A program made the translations under genes and the position numbers. Under the pieces are notes generated by a model, which had not been told where the DNA came from, ran no database searches, and was given only the letters and a program-made list of their open reading frames with translations. A stretch of 64,000 nt of DNA from Macrostomum hystrix. Lineage: Eukaryota; Animalia; Platyhelminthes. Numbering within the stretch: the first letter of the stretch is position 1; each line of letters starts with the position of its first letter. The DNA lies in assembly GCA_950097015.1 (NCBI GenBank), contig CATNEN010000029.1, positions 5,270,001 through 5,334,000 on the forward strand, written 5' to 3'. Positions 48,691 through 62,674 of the stretch are shown piece by piece.

Positions 48691-50594
48691 AAGAACTGGC
48701 TTTCAACTTGATTTTCTTATTTTCGTAATACGAGTATGATGCTGGATAAATCAGTTGCATTTTTCCACCAATTTATAACAATGTGCACGCCACTCGAAAC
48801 TTGCAAAAAACTAATTATTTACCAATTTCAATCCCAATTCATATGCGTGTGGCATCGTAATTCACATGATGTTGGACGCAATATGCAATGACCAGAGGCA
48901 TAATGGATGGTGACTGTCCTGTCAGAAGAGGTGCACTCTCTCAAAAAGTGTCTGCGTTGCCCAAGGCGGTTGCTATGCAAGCAGATCCATTCAGCGGAGC
49001 ATTGTCTCTTAATTGAGCTTCAATCAGGCTGCCATAATTCAGTTTCTGGCTCTATTTGAGCACTAGGCCTCTTCCTTTATCTTCTCTCATCTAAAGATGA
49101 GAGATGCATCGCTTTTATGACTTGCTTTGACTAATAGCGAATCGAGACTCGTCAAAGGGCTTTACCTTGCGGGCCTTGCGTCTCCTTTGTCGACTACTTT
49201 AGTGCGGCGATGAATTGGCTCCGTGACTGGGCATTGAATTTCCCCTCAGCTGCCAAGCGGTTCGGCGTCGCGCAGTTCCGCCATGACGAGTGAGCTGCCC
49301 CAAATTTTAATAACCGCTTTTTGGTTTAATTTACGAGTTACTCCCGCAAACACACTTTATTGCGTGTTCTTCAAAGTCACTGTTTTAGACCAGGCCCACG
49401 CTTCCTTGTCTTTATAGAATTGTATTGCACAAGATATTAACTATCACATCGTCCAACTATGTTTAATTGAAAATGCTGTATTATACGAGCATTAATACCC
49501 ACTGCCTACTTCACGATAGCTCCCAAACCGAATGACCGAATGACCAATAATTAACAATAAAATCAACAAAATTTGCCGACACGATTACACTACGAGTAAG
49601 AAATATTGTGAGCTGAAAATTTATGGATTTTTGCCTGTGTTCTGGATTTTAATGGCGATTGGTTGAATGTTTTGGGAGATACAGAAAAAAGAAAGATGTG
49701 GGTGTTGGAAATACCACGATCGTGGTCTTTCTACAGTTAATAATTTTCCGGGTGAGTTCGATGCGCTTTTACAAACTGGTGGACTATGTAGGGTGGCATT
49801 CACTGCAAGTTAAAAAAACTCACTGCAGCATCACTTTGATCGAACTCTCCAGGAAAGTTTCTGGTCTAGCATTTGTATGGATTGGATGGATTTGCTCTGA
49901 ATGTATAGCATCAATGTTCAACCGGATTTAGTCGTCAAATTTTCCTGTAAATCATTTTCCGTAATTGTCTAGCGTTGCCTAAACTGGTCGCTTCTCTAAA
50001 CTGAGTGGCTATATGTTCTATAAGCTCCGGTGCACTCAACGTACACTTTAGAGTGAAGGTGAAGCTTCAGATTCTTCACTAAAAGCAAAATCCTGAGGTG
50101 GGGCTAATCGATCCATTAGAACGTTGAGCATGTGACGCTGAAAAAGATGCTACCTGACCGAGCTATTCCCATTTCAGGCAAAAAAATGTCACCCATTTGT
50201 AAAGCCTGCTTCATGCTCTGCCTAACTCTGTTAATCTCTCTTCTGTGGGATTTTTAGTCGAAATGCCTTGCTTGAGCTCAGTATTAATTCTCATTTTGAA
50301 ATTAGAACTTTCCTTGGCTCAGGGAAGGTCCACTCCTCACTCCGCACTTCTCTTAGAGGAACCAAACGACAGATCGTGGAAATAAAGTTGAGCCTAATCA
50401 GCAGCTTACGAGGGTAGGAATCGTAATAAAAATATCAACTGTTCGTCGCGACACATGACGTGGATAAAACTATTCATGGCAGGGAGGTCCAAAGAACTGT
50501 GCCAAATCCAACTAAACCTTGACTTGCCGTAGAACTTAGATAAGCTACAAGTTGAATTCGCATATATTACGACTACTGTAGTCTATGGGTAAGT

Positions 50595-53500
50595 TGACTA
50601 AGAGGTAATGGATACTAAGGGTGAACTGGAGGTAATGGATTCTGGAGGTGAACTGAACTGGAGGTAATGGATTCTGGATGTGAACTGAACTGGAGGTAAT
50701 GGATTCTGGATGTGAACTGAACTGGAGGTAATGGATTCTGGAGGTGAACTGAATTAATGACAATGGATACTGGAGGTGAACTGAATTGGTGACAATGGAT
50801 ACTGGAGGTGAACTGAATTGGAGGTAATGGATTCTGGAGGTGAACTGAATTAATGACAATGGATACTGGAGGTGAACTGAACTGGAGGTAATGGATTCTG
50901 GAGGTGAACTGAACTGGAGGTAATGGATTCTGGAGGTGAACTGAACTGGAGGTAATGGATTCTGGAGGTGAACTGAACTGGAGGTAATGGATTCTGGAGG
51001 TGAACTGAATTGGTGACAATGGATTCTGGAGGTGAACTGAATTAATGACAATGGATTCTGGAGGTGAACTGAATTGGTGACAATGGATTCTGGAGGTGAA
51101 CTGAACTGGAGGTAATGGATTCTGGATGTGAACTGAACTGGAGGTAATGAATTCTGGAGGTGAACTGAACTGGAGGTAATGGATTCTGGAGGTGAACTGA
51201 ATTGGAGGTAATGGATTCTGGATGTGAACTGAACTGGAGGTAATGGATTCTGGAGGTGAACTGAACTGGAGGTAATGGATTCTGGAGGTGAACTGAACTG
51301 GAGGTAATGGATTCTGGAGGTGAACTGAATTGGTGACAATGGATTCTGGAGGTGAACTGAATTAATGACAATGGATACTGGAGGTGAACTGAATTGGTGA
51401 CAATGGATACTGGAGGTGAACTGAATTGGAGGTAATGGATTCTGGAGGTGAACTGAATTGGTGGCAATGGATTCTGGAGGTGAACTGAATTGGTGACAAT
51501 GGATTCTGGAGGTGAACTGAACTGGAGGTAATGGATTCTGGATGTGAACTGAACTGGAGGTAATGGATTCTGGAGGTGAACTGAACTGGAGGTAATGGAT
51601 TCTGGAGGTGAACTGAACTGGAGGTAATGGATTCTGGAGGTGAACTGAATTAATGACAATGGATACTGGAGGTGAACTGAATTGGTGACAATGGATACTG
51701 GAGGTGAACTGAATTGGAGGTAATGGATTCTGGAGGTGAACTGAATTGGTGGCAATGGATTCTGGAGGTGAACTGAATTGGTGACAATGGATTCTGGATG
51801 TGAACTGAATTGGTGGCAATGGATACTGGAGGTGAACTGAATTGGAGGTAATGGATTCTGGAGGTGAACTGAATTAATGACAATGGATACTGGAGGTGAA
51901 CTGAATTGGTGACAATGGATACTGGAGGTGAACTGAATTGGAGGTAATGGATTCTGGAGGTGAACTGAATTGGTGACAATGGATACTGGAGGTGAACTGA
52001 ATTGGAGGTAATGGATTCTGGAGGTGAACTGAATTGGTGACAATGGATTCTGGAGGTGAACTGAATTAATGACAATGGATACTGGAGGTGAACTGAATTG
52101 GTGACAATGGATACTGGAGGTGAACTGAATTGGAGGTAATGGATTCTGGAGGTGAACTGAATTGGTGGCAATGGATTCTGGAGGTGAACTGAATTGGTGA
52201 CAATGGATTCTGGATGTGAACTGAATTGGTGGCAATGGATACTGGAGGTGAACTGAATTGGAGGTAATGGATTCTGGAGGTGAACTGAATTGGTGACAAT
52301 GGATTCTGGATGTGAACTGAATTGGTGGTAATGGATTCTGGAGGTGAACTGAACTGTAGTTAATGGATTCTGGATGTGAACTGAACTGGAGGTAATGGAT
52401 TCTGGATGTGAACTGAACTGGGGGTAATGGATTCTGGAGGTGAACTGAACTGGAGGTAATGGATTCTGGAGGTGAACTGAACTGGAGTTAATGGATTCTG
52501 GAGGTGAACTGAACTGTAGTTAATGGATTCTGGATGTGAACTGAATTGGTGGCAATGGATACTTGAGGTGAACTGAATTGGTGGCAATGGATACTGGATG
52601 TGAACTGAACTGGAGTTAATGGATACTGGATGTGAACTGAATTGGTGACAATGGATACTGGATGTGAACTGAACTGGAGTTAATGGATTCTGGATGTGAA
52701 CTAAATTGGTGACAATGGATACTGGATGTGAACTGAATTGGTGACAATGGATTCTGGATGTGAACTGAATTGGTGGTAATGGATTCTGGAGGTGAACTGA
52801 ACTGTAGTTAATGGATTCTGGATGTGAACTGAACTGGAGGTAATGGATTCTGGATGTGAACTGAACTGGGGGTAATGGATTCTGGAGGTGAACTGAACTG
52901 GAGGTAATGGATTCTGGAGGTGAACTGAACTGGAGTTAATGGATTCTGGAGGTGAACTGAACTGTAGTTAATGGATTCTGGATGTGAACTGAATTGGTGG
53001 CAATGGATACTTGAGGTGAACTGAATTGGTGGCAATGGATACTGGATGTGAACTGAACTGGAGTTAATGGATACTGGATGTGAACTGAATTGGTGACAAT
53101 GGATACTGGATGTGAACTGAACTGGAGTTAATGGATTCTGGATGTGAACTAAATTGGTGACAATGGATACTGGATGTGAACTGAATTGGTGACAATGGAT
53201 TCTGGAGGTGAACTGAATTGGTGGCAATGGATTCTGGAGGTGAACTGAATTGGTGACAATGGATTCTGGATGTGAACTGAATTGGTGGTAATGGATTCTG
53301 GATGTGAACTGAATTGGTGGTAATGGATTCTGGAGGTGAACTGAATTGGTGGTAATGGATTCTGGATGTGAACTGAACTGGAGGTAATGGATTCTGGAGG
53401 TGAACTGAACTGGAGGTAATGGATTCTGGAGGTGAACTGAACTGTAGTTAATGGATTCTGGATGTGAACTGAATTGGTGGCAATGGATACTGGATGTGAA

Positions 53501-54330
53501 CTGAATTGGTGACAATGGATACTGGATGTGAACTGAACTGGAGTTAATGGATTCTGGATGTGAACTAAATTGGTGACAATGGATTCTGGAGGTGAACTGA
53601 ATTGGTAGCAATGGATTCTGGAGGTGAACTGAATTGGTGACAATGGATTCTGGAGGTGAACTGAATTGGTGGTAATGGATTCTGGAGGTGAACTGAATTG
53701 GTGACAATGGATTCTGGAGGTGAACTGAATTGGTGGTAATGGATTCTGGAGGTGAACTGAACTGGAGTTAATGGATTCTGGATGTGAACTGAATTGGTGA
53801 CAATGGATTCTGGAGGTGAACTGAATTGGTAGCAATGGATTCTGGAGGTGAACTGAATTGGTGACAATGGATTCTGGAGGTGAACTGCATTGGTGACAAT
53901 GGATACCGGAGGTGAACTGAATTGGTGGCAATGGATACTGGAGGTGAACTGAAAATTGGTGACAATGGATACCGGAGGTGAACTGAATTGGTGACAATGG
54001 ATACTGGAGGTGAACTGAAAATTGGTGACAATGGATACTGGAGGTGAACTGAATTGGAGGTAATGGATTCTGGAGGTGAACTGAATTGGTGGCAATGGAT
54101 TCTGGATGTGAACTGAATTGGTGGCAATGGATACTTGAGGTGAACTGAATTGGTGGCAATGGATACTGGATGTGAACTGAATTGGTGGCAATGGATACTG
54201 GATGTGAACTGAATTGGTGGCAATGGATACTGGATGTGAACTGAATTGGTGACAATGGATTCTGGAGGTGAACTGAATTGATGACAATGGATTCTGGATA
54301 TGAACTTAATTGGTTTTAATGGATACTAGA
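50595..54330. repeat. 32-bp satellite GGATTCTGGAGGTGAACTGAACTGGAGGTAAT (~115 copies)
   Basis: 32-aa periodicity in repeat-derived ORFs; recurring variant blocks. Confidence 0.97.
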
Positions 54331-54744
54331 GGTGATCTAAATAGGAGTGTGAAAAAATTGGCACCATCAAATTGTACCTACAATTTGAAAAATTCCTGAT
54401 AAGCACTGAGTTTTTGGATCCTTTGCAACAAAGCAACTGAAAAAATGGCTCTTTAATTGCTACAAGAAGCAATGTATGAGGAAAAATATTTTTTTCATGT
54501 AACACAGCCTTTGTGATCGCTACAAGAGCAAATTGGTCGTGTTTTTGCAAGCACATTCTAACTCAGTTTTTTTCTGTTTTGTCTGATCTTGTCAGTTTTT
54601 TTATCTGTATAAATTAGAATTTTGATAATTTAAATTCGCACCTTTCTACCAGACGGGTACACTAAATGACCATCGCACTTTCATGTATACGATGAATAGT
54701 TGTGTACTAATTACAACATCCTTAGCAATTGAGAAAACGAGTAG

Positions 54745-56048
54745 ATACCCCTAATTCTCCAGGATACAGGTGAATGCCCCTAATTCTCTACGATAAAATT
54801 AGATACACCTAATTCTTCTGAATACAGGTATAGCTACCGCATTAATTCCTGTAATTCCTGAATACATGTCGATGGTACTGGTCCTCCAGACTACATGTGG
54901 ATACCACTGATCCTCCAAAGTACGTGTGGATATCACTGGTCCTCCAGAATTCATGTCGATTAACCTCTGATTCTCCAGAGTACAGGTGGATACCACTGAT
55001 CCTCCAAAGTACGTGTGGATATCACTGGTCCTCCAGAATTCATGTCGATTAACCCCTGATTCTCCAGAGTACAGGTGGATACCACTGATCCTCCAAAGTA
55101 TGTGTAGATATCACTGGTCCTCCAGAATTCATGTCGATTAACCCCTGATTCTCCAGAGTACAGGTGGATACCACTGATCCTCCAAAGTATGTGTAGATAT
55201 CACTGGTCCTCCAGAATTCATGCCGATTAACCCCTGATTCTCCAGAGTACAGGTGGATACCACTGATCCTCCAAAGTATGTGTAGATATCACTGGTCCTC
55301 CAGAATTCATGTCGATACCCCTGATTCTCCAGAGTACAGGTGGATACCACTGATCCTCCAAAGTATGTGTAGATATCACTGGTCCTCCAGAATTCATGTC
55401 GATTAACCCCTGATTCTCCAGAGTACAGGTGGATACCACTGATCCTCCAAAGTATGTGTGGATATCACTGGTCCTCCAGAATTCATGTCGATACCCCTGA
55501 TTCTCCAGAGTACAGGTGGATACCACTGATCCTCCAAAGTATGTGTAGATATCACTGGTCCTCCAGAATTCATGTCGATACCCCTGATTCTCCAGAGTAC
55601 AGGTGGATACCACTGATCCTCCAAAGTATGTGTGGATATCACTGGTCCTCCAGATTTCATGTCGATACCCCTGATTCTCCAGAGTACAGGTGGATACCAC
55701 TGATCCTCCAAAGAACGTGAGGATATCACTGGTCCTCCAGAATTCATGTCGATACCCCTGATTCTCCAGAGTACAGGTGGATACCACTGATCCTCCAAAG
55801 TATGTGTGGGTATCACTGGTCCTCCAGAATTCATGTCGATTAACCCCTGATTCTCCAGAGTACAGGTGGATACCACTGATCCTCCAAAGTATGTGTGGAT
55901 ATCACTGGTCCTCCAGAATTCATGTCGATACCCCTGATTCTCCAGAGTACAGGTGGATACCACTGATCCTCCAAAGTATGTGTAGATAACACTGGTCCTC
56001 CAGATTTCATGTCGATACCCCTGATTCTCCAGAGTACAGGTGGATACC
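54745..56048. repeat. 88-89 bp minisatellite built from three diverged ~29-30 bp subunits, preceded by degenerate monomers
   Basis: CCCTGATTCTCCAGAGTACAGGTGGATACC / ACTGATCCTCCAAAGTATGTGTAGATATC / ACTGGTCCTCCAGAATTCATGTCGAT(TAA)C, ~13 copies. Confidence 0.95.
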
Positions 56049-57087
56049 CTTGTCCTACTTGTAAATAAGAATGGGTAATTGTGGAAGTCACATAAAATTG
56101 TTCAATAGATCTACACTCGAGCTCTTTCAGACCCTCTCGTGCGTGCATCTCGTATGTGCATTAGCTTTATCAGAGCAGGCATATTTTGCGGTCATAAAAT
56201 TCCTGGCACACTAGACTGATAGTGCATTGCTCAGCTAGTTCTGCCTATTCGCGGTAGCCGTTGCCAGTGTGTGTGCCACAAGGCCAAATTTACTGTCTCT
56301 GCTAACAGTTCGTCGACATTTTTTATTTCGCTGGAAGCACCGAACTAACCTTCAGAATCAAACTTCAGTTTTTTGGTTTTTAAAAAACTAACGACATGGA
56401 ACGAAACTGCTCTGAGCGTTGAAAAAAACACTGAATAAGATCTGCATTTTACTTTTCCTTTTCATGTGATTAATTAACATGAATGGGGTAAGTGCATTAT
56501 GTTTATATGCTTTTACTAGTTTGCATTTTTTAACGAACCATTTTACGAAAGATCACAAAAGTAACGAGTGTCACAATTGGTTAATTGTTTGTCTCATGGG
56601 TACAATGGTACATGGGAATTTCAGAGAATTTCCTAGATTCCAATGTATCCAGGTGGACACTGCATCTGCCTATGCCCTGAGTCTCTACTCAATGCTGCAT
56701 CATCAATTCCCTCTTGGACACCCTTGGGATTTGTTGCCAATTGTCAGGAGTAATGTTTTCCTATCAGATTTTCTCTTGGCATTAGGGATTCTCTTAGAGA
56801 AATAAAGGAAGCTCTTTTACTGATATTCACGCACCGCGCACCCTGACCAACAGACTCCGCCCAGCCGAAAGCTCCATCGAGGAATCCAGCAGGAACCAGT
56901 GCTGAAACTGGTTGTCCCCCTGTCCAGCTACTCCCTGTCTGCCACCCCATGCAGTAGGCCAATCAGGACCCGACTTCGAGCCTGAAGCCTGCGAAGGCCC
57001 CCAAGGGCTGCACTGAGGTGAAAGGAAAAAGACAAATCGCACAGCTGCAGTGGGTCTCGCCCTGTGTCGCTCTAATCGCATCGGACT

Positions 57088-58554
57088 ATGCCGTCCAGCC
57101 AGCCTACCGCCACGACCACCGCGACGCTGATCTTGGCCGCGAATGCCAGCGCCAAGACCGCCCTGGAACTGGAGGAGGAATGGGGCCGAGTGTTCTACTC
57201 TAGGCTGAACTCCTACTTCCTCATCTGGTACCTGCCGCTGCTGCTGCTCATTGGCACGCTGGGCGCGGTGTTTTGCACCCTCTTCATCTTCATGTCCAAG
57301 ATTTTCCCTAAGATCATTCAGGTCTGGCTAATTAGCATCTGCTTCGGAGACTTCATGATCCTCATGTGGGACGCCCTGCGCATGTTCACCAAGATGGCGT
57401 TCGACTACGACTTCCGCGACTCTGGCATCGTTATCTGCAAGATGCAGGCCTATCTGGGCAACTTTTTCTTTCACTGGAGCGCCTACAACCAGGCCGCAAT
57501 GTCCATCCAGCGCCTGGTGTTCATCAGCTTCCCGCTTCGCTCCAGGACTCTGTTAACCACACGTCGCGTCATCGGCATCTGGGCCTGCATGGGCCTCCTG
57601 CTGCTGTTTCCGAACATCACCTACCTCATCTACTGGCACATCGGCGAGCACGACGACTGCGAGCCAGTGAACAAGTGGTTCTACTACGTCACCACACTGG
57701 TGCACCTTGTGGTCTGGGGCATCATTCCTTTGGCCTCCATGACTGTCTCAACCGCCTGCATCTCCTACCGGCTCATTCGCTACAGACGGTCTAACTTCAA
57801 GACGAAAAGCGATGGACGAGGCGCTGGGGAGGGTGAAGGAGGTGACTGCACCAGCGGCGGTGCCTCTGAGGTTCACCAGCCAACAGTGATCAGTGGAAGG
57901 CGTCATGGCTCAGACCAAGGAGCTCACGTGACCCGTCTGCTCGTCTCCATGAACCTATTTTACCTGTGCACTACATTTCCGCTGTTAATCTACATGATGC
58001 ACCTGAACTTTCGCCTCGAGAACAAAGTCGGCGTCACCATCGCCAAAAGCGTGCACAAGTCCTACTATTACCTGTTCCGATCGATCGCGTTCCTGAACGC
58101 TTCGCTCAACTGGGTGTTCTACTGCGCCGCTGGCAAGATCTTCCGCCAGGCCGCCAAACGCATCCTCTGCCGACTGTTCTGTCCACAGCGGCTCCGATTC
58201 CGCGGCGGCGTCGCCGGCGGTCGCGGAGCTGGAGCCCCCCCAAATCGGCACCGGAACCACCAGCACCATCTGTTGCAGAACCGTCGGGCCGGCTCGCCTG
58301 AGGCCACCTCCAGGGCTGATGCCACCGCCACGGCCACCATAACAGTGCCCCTCATTCAGCAGCAGCCGCTAGACTACTCCCACAGCGATTGCGGAGACTG
58401 TACTGCGCAGGCGGTTCAGGCGACAATTAGCGTTGATGGAGGGTTGTACGGAGATGACTTCAGCTGTGACAACAGCGGCAGCGGCTGCGGTGGCGGCGGC
58501 AGCGGCTGCGATGAGAAGCCTATTCCGCTGCTTCCTCGGACCTGTGTCGACTGA
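57088..58554 (+). CDS. Orphan class A peptide-type GPCR, 488 aa, intronless
   Basis: Seven TMs; IGTLG (GN-like), ICFGDF, C in TM3, SIQRLVFISFPL (DRY replaced), NASLNWVFY (NPxxY variant), helix 8 GKIFRQ. Confidence 0.88.
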   Translation: MPSSQPTATTTATLILAANASAKTALELEEEWGRVFYSRLNSYFLIWYLPLLLLIGTLGAVFCTLFIFMSKIFPKIIQVWLISICFGDFMILMWDALRMFTKMAFDYDFRDSGIVICKMQAYLGNFFFHWSAYNQAAMSIQRLVFISFPLRSRTLLTTRRVIGIWACMGLLLLFPNITYLIYWHIGEHDDCEPVNKWFYYVTTLVHLVVWGIIPLASMTVSTACISYRLIRYRRSNFKTKSDGRGAGEGEGGDCTSGGASEVHQPTVISGRRHGSDQGAHVTRLLVSMNLFYLCTTFPLLIYMMHLNFRLENKVGVTIAKSVHKSYYYLFRSIAFLNASLNWVFYCAAGKIFRQAAKRILCRLFCPQRLRFRGGVAGGRGAGAPPNRHRNHQHHLLQNRRAGSPEATSRADATATATITVPLIQQQPLDYSHSDCGDCTAQAVQATISVDGGLYGDDFSCDNSGSGCGGGGSGCDEKPIPLLPRTCVD

Positions 58555-60715
58555 ACCGTTTATTGCAATTTTTGCCGCTTTAAAATAGAATTTGCGTTCA
58601 ACTATGCGATGCTCCTTCCGCGAGCTTTCCCATAGTCCCTCCAAACTGCCAGAAAATTAGTCTAGCTTTTTTGTTTACCTGGAAATATACGCGAAGTGTC
58701 GCCCAGTTAGCAAAATTTCAACAGAACTCATGCAACGTAAGTGTAATTAAACTCGCTGATGGACACAAGCGCCTAGCTTCGCCCAATTGAATTTTAGTCT
58801 ATAGTAGAAATTATCCTGTGACCAGCCGTTTGCATACCGTTTTGTATTACACACCCATATTCACAGTTTCCGTGCGTTAAGCACCAACTCCTGGAGCATC
58901 TTTCCCTTAAATATGTAGACTTCTATTGCGTTTAAATCTCCTAGTAGCAGCCACGTATTTACTTACCTCTTCGTAGTTGTTTTGAAAGTTTGTTCTTTCT
59001 GTTTAGTTATGAATGTTCCGCCATGCAGATGCTTCACTTGTACGGTATTATTTTTTGTTTTGGTATAAAAACTTTGAGAACGAATATTTTAAACAACACT
59101 GTCCTGATGTCTAGCTACTAGGATATACGTTATTACGTTAAGCGGCGATATTATACAAGTATTTTGTTTAAAAACGATCACTTTAGGACGTTTTTTGTTC
59201 CCAAGTGAAGTTTTATGTTGTAAAAAAGCTGTCTTATTGCCAATGAAGCCCGGGCAAATCGGTCATTTGAAATATTGAATTAGGTCAGACAACTTTCAAG
59301 AGCTTCAATTCGAATTGTATTTTAACCCACCTCAACCTTCCTAAGCTTGTTTTCTAACCCCTTCCTGGTCTCTGATTGGTTAGACGGCCTAAGGGAAGGT
59401 CCTGTCAACTGAGAATACGAGCTAGTGGCTTACGAGTCAAAACGAAGAGCGTTTGCGAACCCGTACATTAGAATCTCCATCCTGCTTCAATTCGAATACT
59501 GCACTTACATGGGCAGTTAGCAGAGCTAAAGAGACAAAGGGCATGGGTGTTTAGTTTGGATTATCCAGCCAAAAAAATGGCCAAGCAAAAGCGTTTCTGG
59601 CGAGCTGATGCGGAGGCCATCTCCCACCATATGGCACTTTTGTTGCTCTTCCTTTGGCTCCAATCGGGCCAGGCAAAATGTCCCTTTACTATCTGCCTCC
59701 CTGTCCCTCTGTCTCATTGCCGCGGATAACTGTAAGCTGCAGCCCGGGGGGCTGAGGTAATCGGGCTTTCATTGTGGCAGCCAGCCGCATTAGCTGTGCC
59801 ACTGACTGACACGGAGGGGAAGCAAGCAGGCAACTATATAAAATGGGACGGGGGGAGCTTTGGGAACACGCAGGATTCTCTGAAGAGGCTCCAGGAGCAC
59901 TGCCTCACTGACTGTGAGCTGCCACAGCTGGCCCTCTCACAGTGAAAGCCAGAAGGCGAGGGAGTAGGGGGTACAGAGAGCAGTGAGAGAAGATAAGTTA
60001 GCAGCAAGTTGTGTAGTAACATAGCTGGAAATTCAACGGAAACTGCAACTGTCACTCTCTCTCTCTCACTCTCTCTCTCACGATTTCGCCGCCCTCCGTC
60101 CTCGTTGTGTTTCCGCGCGACCCAGAGCCAGGCGGAGCGGATTGAGGTGGAATAATTTCCTGCAGAATTGATCGCCCGTCGTCCCCACCTCACTGTTGCC
60201 CGCGGGGCAGTGTAAATTCTTTCCTTCCAGCGGCAGCCAGCTGTAAGGTCTTCTCCCCATTTTGCACTGAGCACAGATTGCCAACAACATGCAGCTCAGT
60301 GGGCAACTGCCCCCTTTATCCAGTGTTGAAAAAAATGTCTGCAAAATAATTCCAGCCTAGCAAAAGCCATCGAACACTTACCAGCATAGCCCCGAAATCT
60401 GAAACACGATCTCAGAGCAAAAGGGCCTCCTTGCTCGGCGAAGTCTTCTGCCGCTTGATTAACCCACAGTCTGAAATGGCGCTCTCGATGAAACAGAATG
60501 AGATTCTGTGACTGAAGTGCAGGGTATCGTAGCGTGTAGCGATTATGAAAGAACTGCTGGGCAGGCTTTGATTGGGCATGCAGGAAGTTTGACGCTAACA
60601 TTCAGTCATTCTCATTCAAATGGCTGCTCAGGAGGCTGCTATTTTTTAAAACCTTTTGAGTCGGTCTCAAGATCTTCCGAGTTAAAACTTTAGCCTGAAT
60701 ATACTGTTTATTTAG

Positions 60716-61037
60716 CGAATGTGGAATGAGTCAAGCGAATGTGGACTGAGTCAAGCGAATGTGGACTGAGTCAAGCGAATGTGGAATGAGTCATGCGAAG
60801 GTGAAATGAGTCAAGCGAATGTGGAATGAGTCAAGTGAATGTGAAATGAGTCAAACGAATGTGGAATGAGTCAAGTGAATGTGAAATGAGTCAAGCGAAT
60901 GTGGAATGAGTCATGCGAATGTGAAATGAGTCAAGCGAATGTGGAATGAGTCAAGCGAATGTGGAATGAGTCATGCGAATGTGAAATGAGTCAAGCGAAT
61001 GTGAAATGAGTCAAGCGAATGTGAAATGAGTCAAGCT
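60716..61037. repeat. 20-bp minisatellite GCGAATGTGGAATGAGTCAA, 16 copies each containing TGAGTCA
   Basis: Direct repeats. Confidence 0.95.
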
Positions 61038-61879
61038 AATTTTACTCATAGAGTTCTCAATGACCTGATAGGACGATAAAAGTTCACAATATTAACTTAC
61101 TGAGCAATTGGTTAAAAAACCAGAACCTGTGTACATTGAAATTATAGAGTAAATTATTAACGGATTAATTAACAAACACCTGGCTGACTCAGCCCTCAGT
61201 GCAGTATTGAATCTCTGTTTCCCACTCAGCATTCTCTCATCTTCCTCCTGCTCCAGTTTTGCACTGATGCCAACCACCTGGCAGCTCACTTCACACCGCT
61301 GCTAAAGAATGCGTGCAGTGATTCTTGACTGAGCTGTTTTGGTTTAAGTAGTATAGAGCAATCTCAATGCCGGTCTGGGAACCCCGCCCATGCCCAGTGC
61401 TCAGTTGAAGTCTTCTCTCGCCTCCTGCTACCCCTCTCCACTGGCAAGGAAACCCGCGGATTTAGCTGCCAACAGTCGAGAGAGAAAATCGATAAGTTTA
61501 ATCCGAAGCTCAGCTTGGTCACCTGAGAGGCGGTCCCGCCTTGAAATAGATGGAGGCTGTGAGTATTGATGCAATGCCTGATATGAAAGAGATTTTTATC
61601 CTCTTTGACTAAATGTTTGTTCCACGGATCAGATACGGCTCGTAGAACAGGGAATTTCATACGAAACTGTCAGCGCCATTCCACTGGCGACACGCAGACA
61701 TGATCCTTTTTCGTAAAAAAAAATTAAGATTAGGATAAAATTCAAATAAAAAAAAAAAGAGAAACCCGAGTCCGGTTCCAAAAATGATTAGTTTCTTTGT
61801 CTCTAGGGTAGGCTAGCCCGTTACGTATGAAGCTGTTCGCGCTTCTATTGGGTGGAGTATCACCACTGATACACTAGGA

Positions 61880-62674
61880 GGGACTGGTACAAGAGGACTG
61901 GGAAACTCTGGTACAAGAAGGACTGGGAGACTCTGGTACAAGAAGGACTGGGAGACACTGGTACAAGAGGGACTGGGAGACTCTGTTACAAGAGGGACTG
62001 GGAAACTCTGGTACAAGAGGGACTGGGAGACTCTGGTACAAGAGGGACTGGGAGACACTGGTACAAGAGATACTAGGAGACACTGGTACAAGAGGACTGG
62101 GAGACTCTGGTACAAGAGGACTGGGAGACTCTGGTACAAGAGGGACTGGGAGACACTGGTACAAGAGGACTGGGAGACACTGGTACAAGAGGACTGAGAG
62201 AGACACTGGTACAAGAGGACTGAGAGAGACACTGGTACAAGAGGACTGGGAGACACTGGTACAAGAGGACTGGGAGACACTGGTACAAGAGGACTGGGAG
62301 ACACTGGTACAAGAGGACTGAGAGAGACACTGGTACAAGAGGGACTGGGAGACTCTGGTACAAGAAGGACTGGGAGACTCTGGTACAAGAGGGACTGGGA
62401 GAGACACTTGTACAAGATGGACTGGGAGACTCTGGTACAAGAGGACTGAGAGAGACACTGGTACAAGAGGGACTGGGAGACTCTGGTACAAGAAGGACTG
62501 GGAGACTCTGGTACAAGAGGGACTGGGAGAGACACTTGTACAAGATGGACTGGGAGACTCTGGTACAAGAGTGACTGGGAGACACTGGTGCAAGAGGGAC
62601 TGGGAGAGACACTTGTACAAGATGGACTGGGAGACTCTGGTACAAGAGTGACTGGGAGACACTGGTGCAAGAGG
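61880..62674. repeat. 23-26 bp minisatellite GACTGGGAGACTCTGGTACAAGAGG
   Basis: Direct repeats with length variants. Confidence 0.95.

Noticed and set aside
50545-54287. Many 130-420 aa minus-strand ORFs (PPIQFTSRIH...)
   Set aside because: These are translations of the 32-bp satellite cycling through three frames. The same applies to ORFs at 601-1236, 6198, 18755-19086, 30493-32240, 55138-56148, 61813-62696 and 63016-63498.
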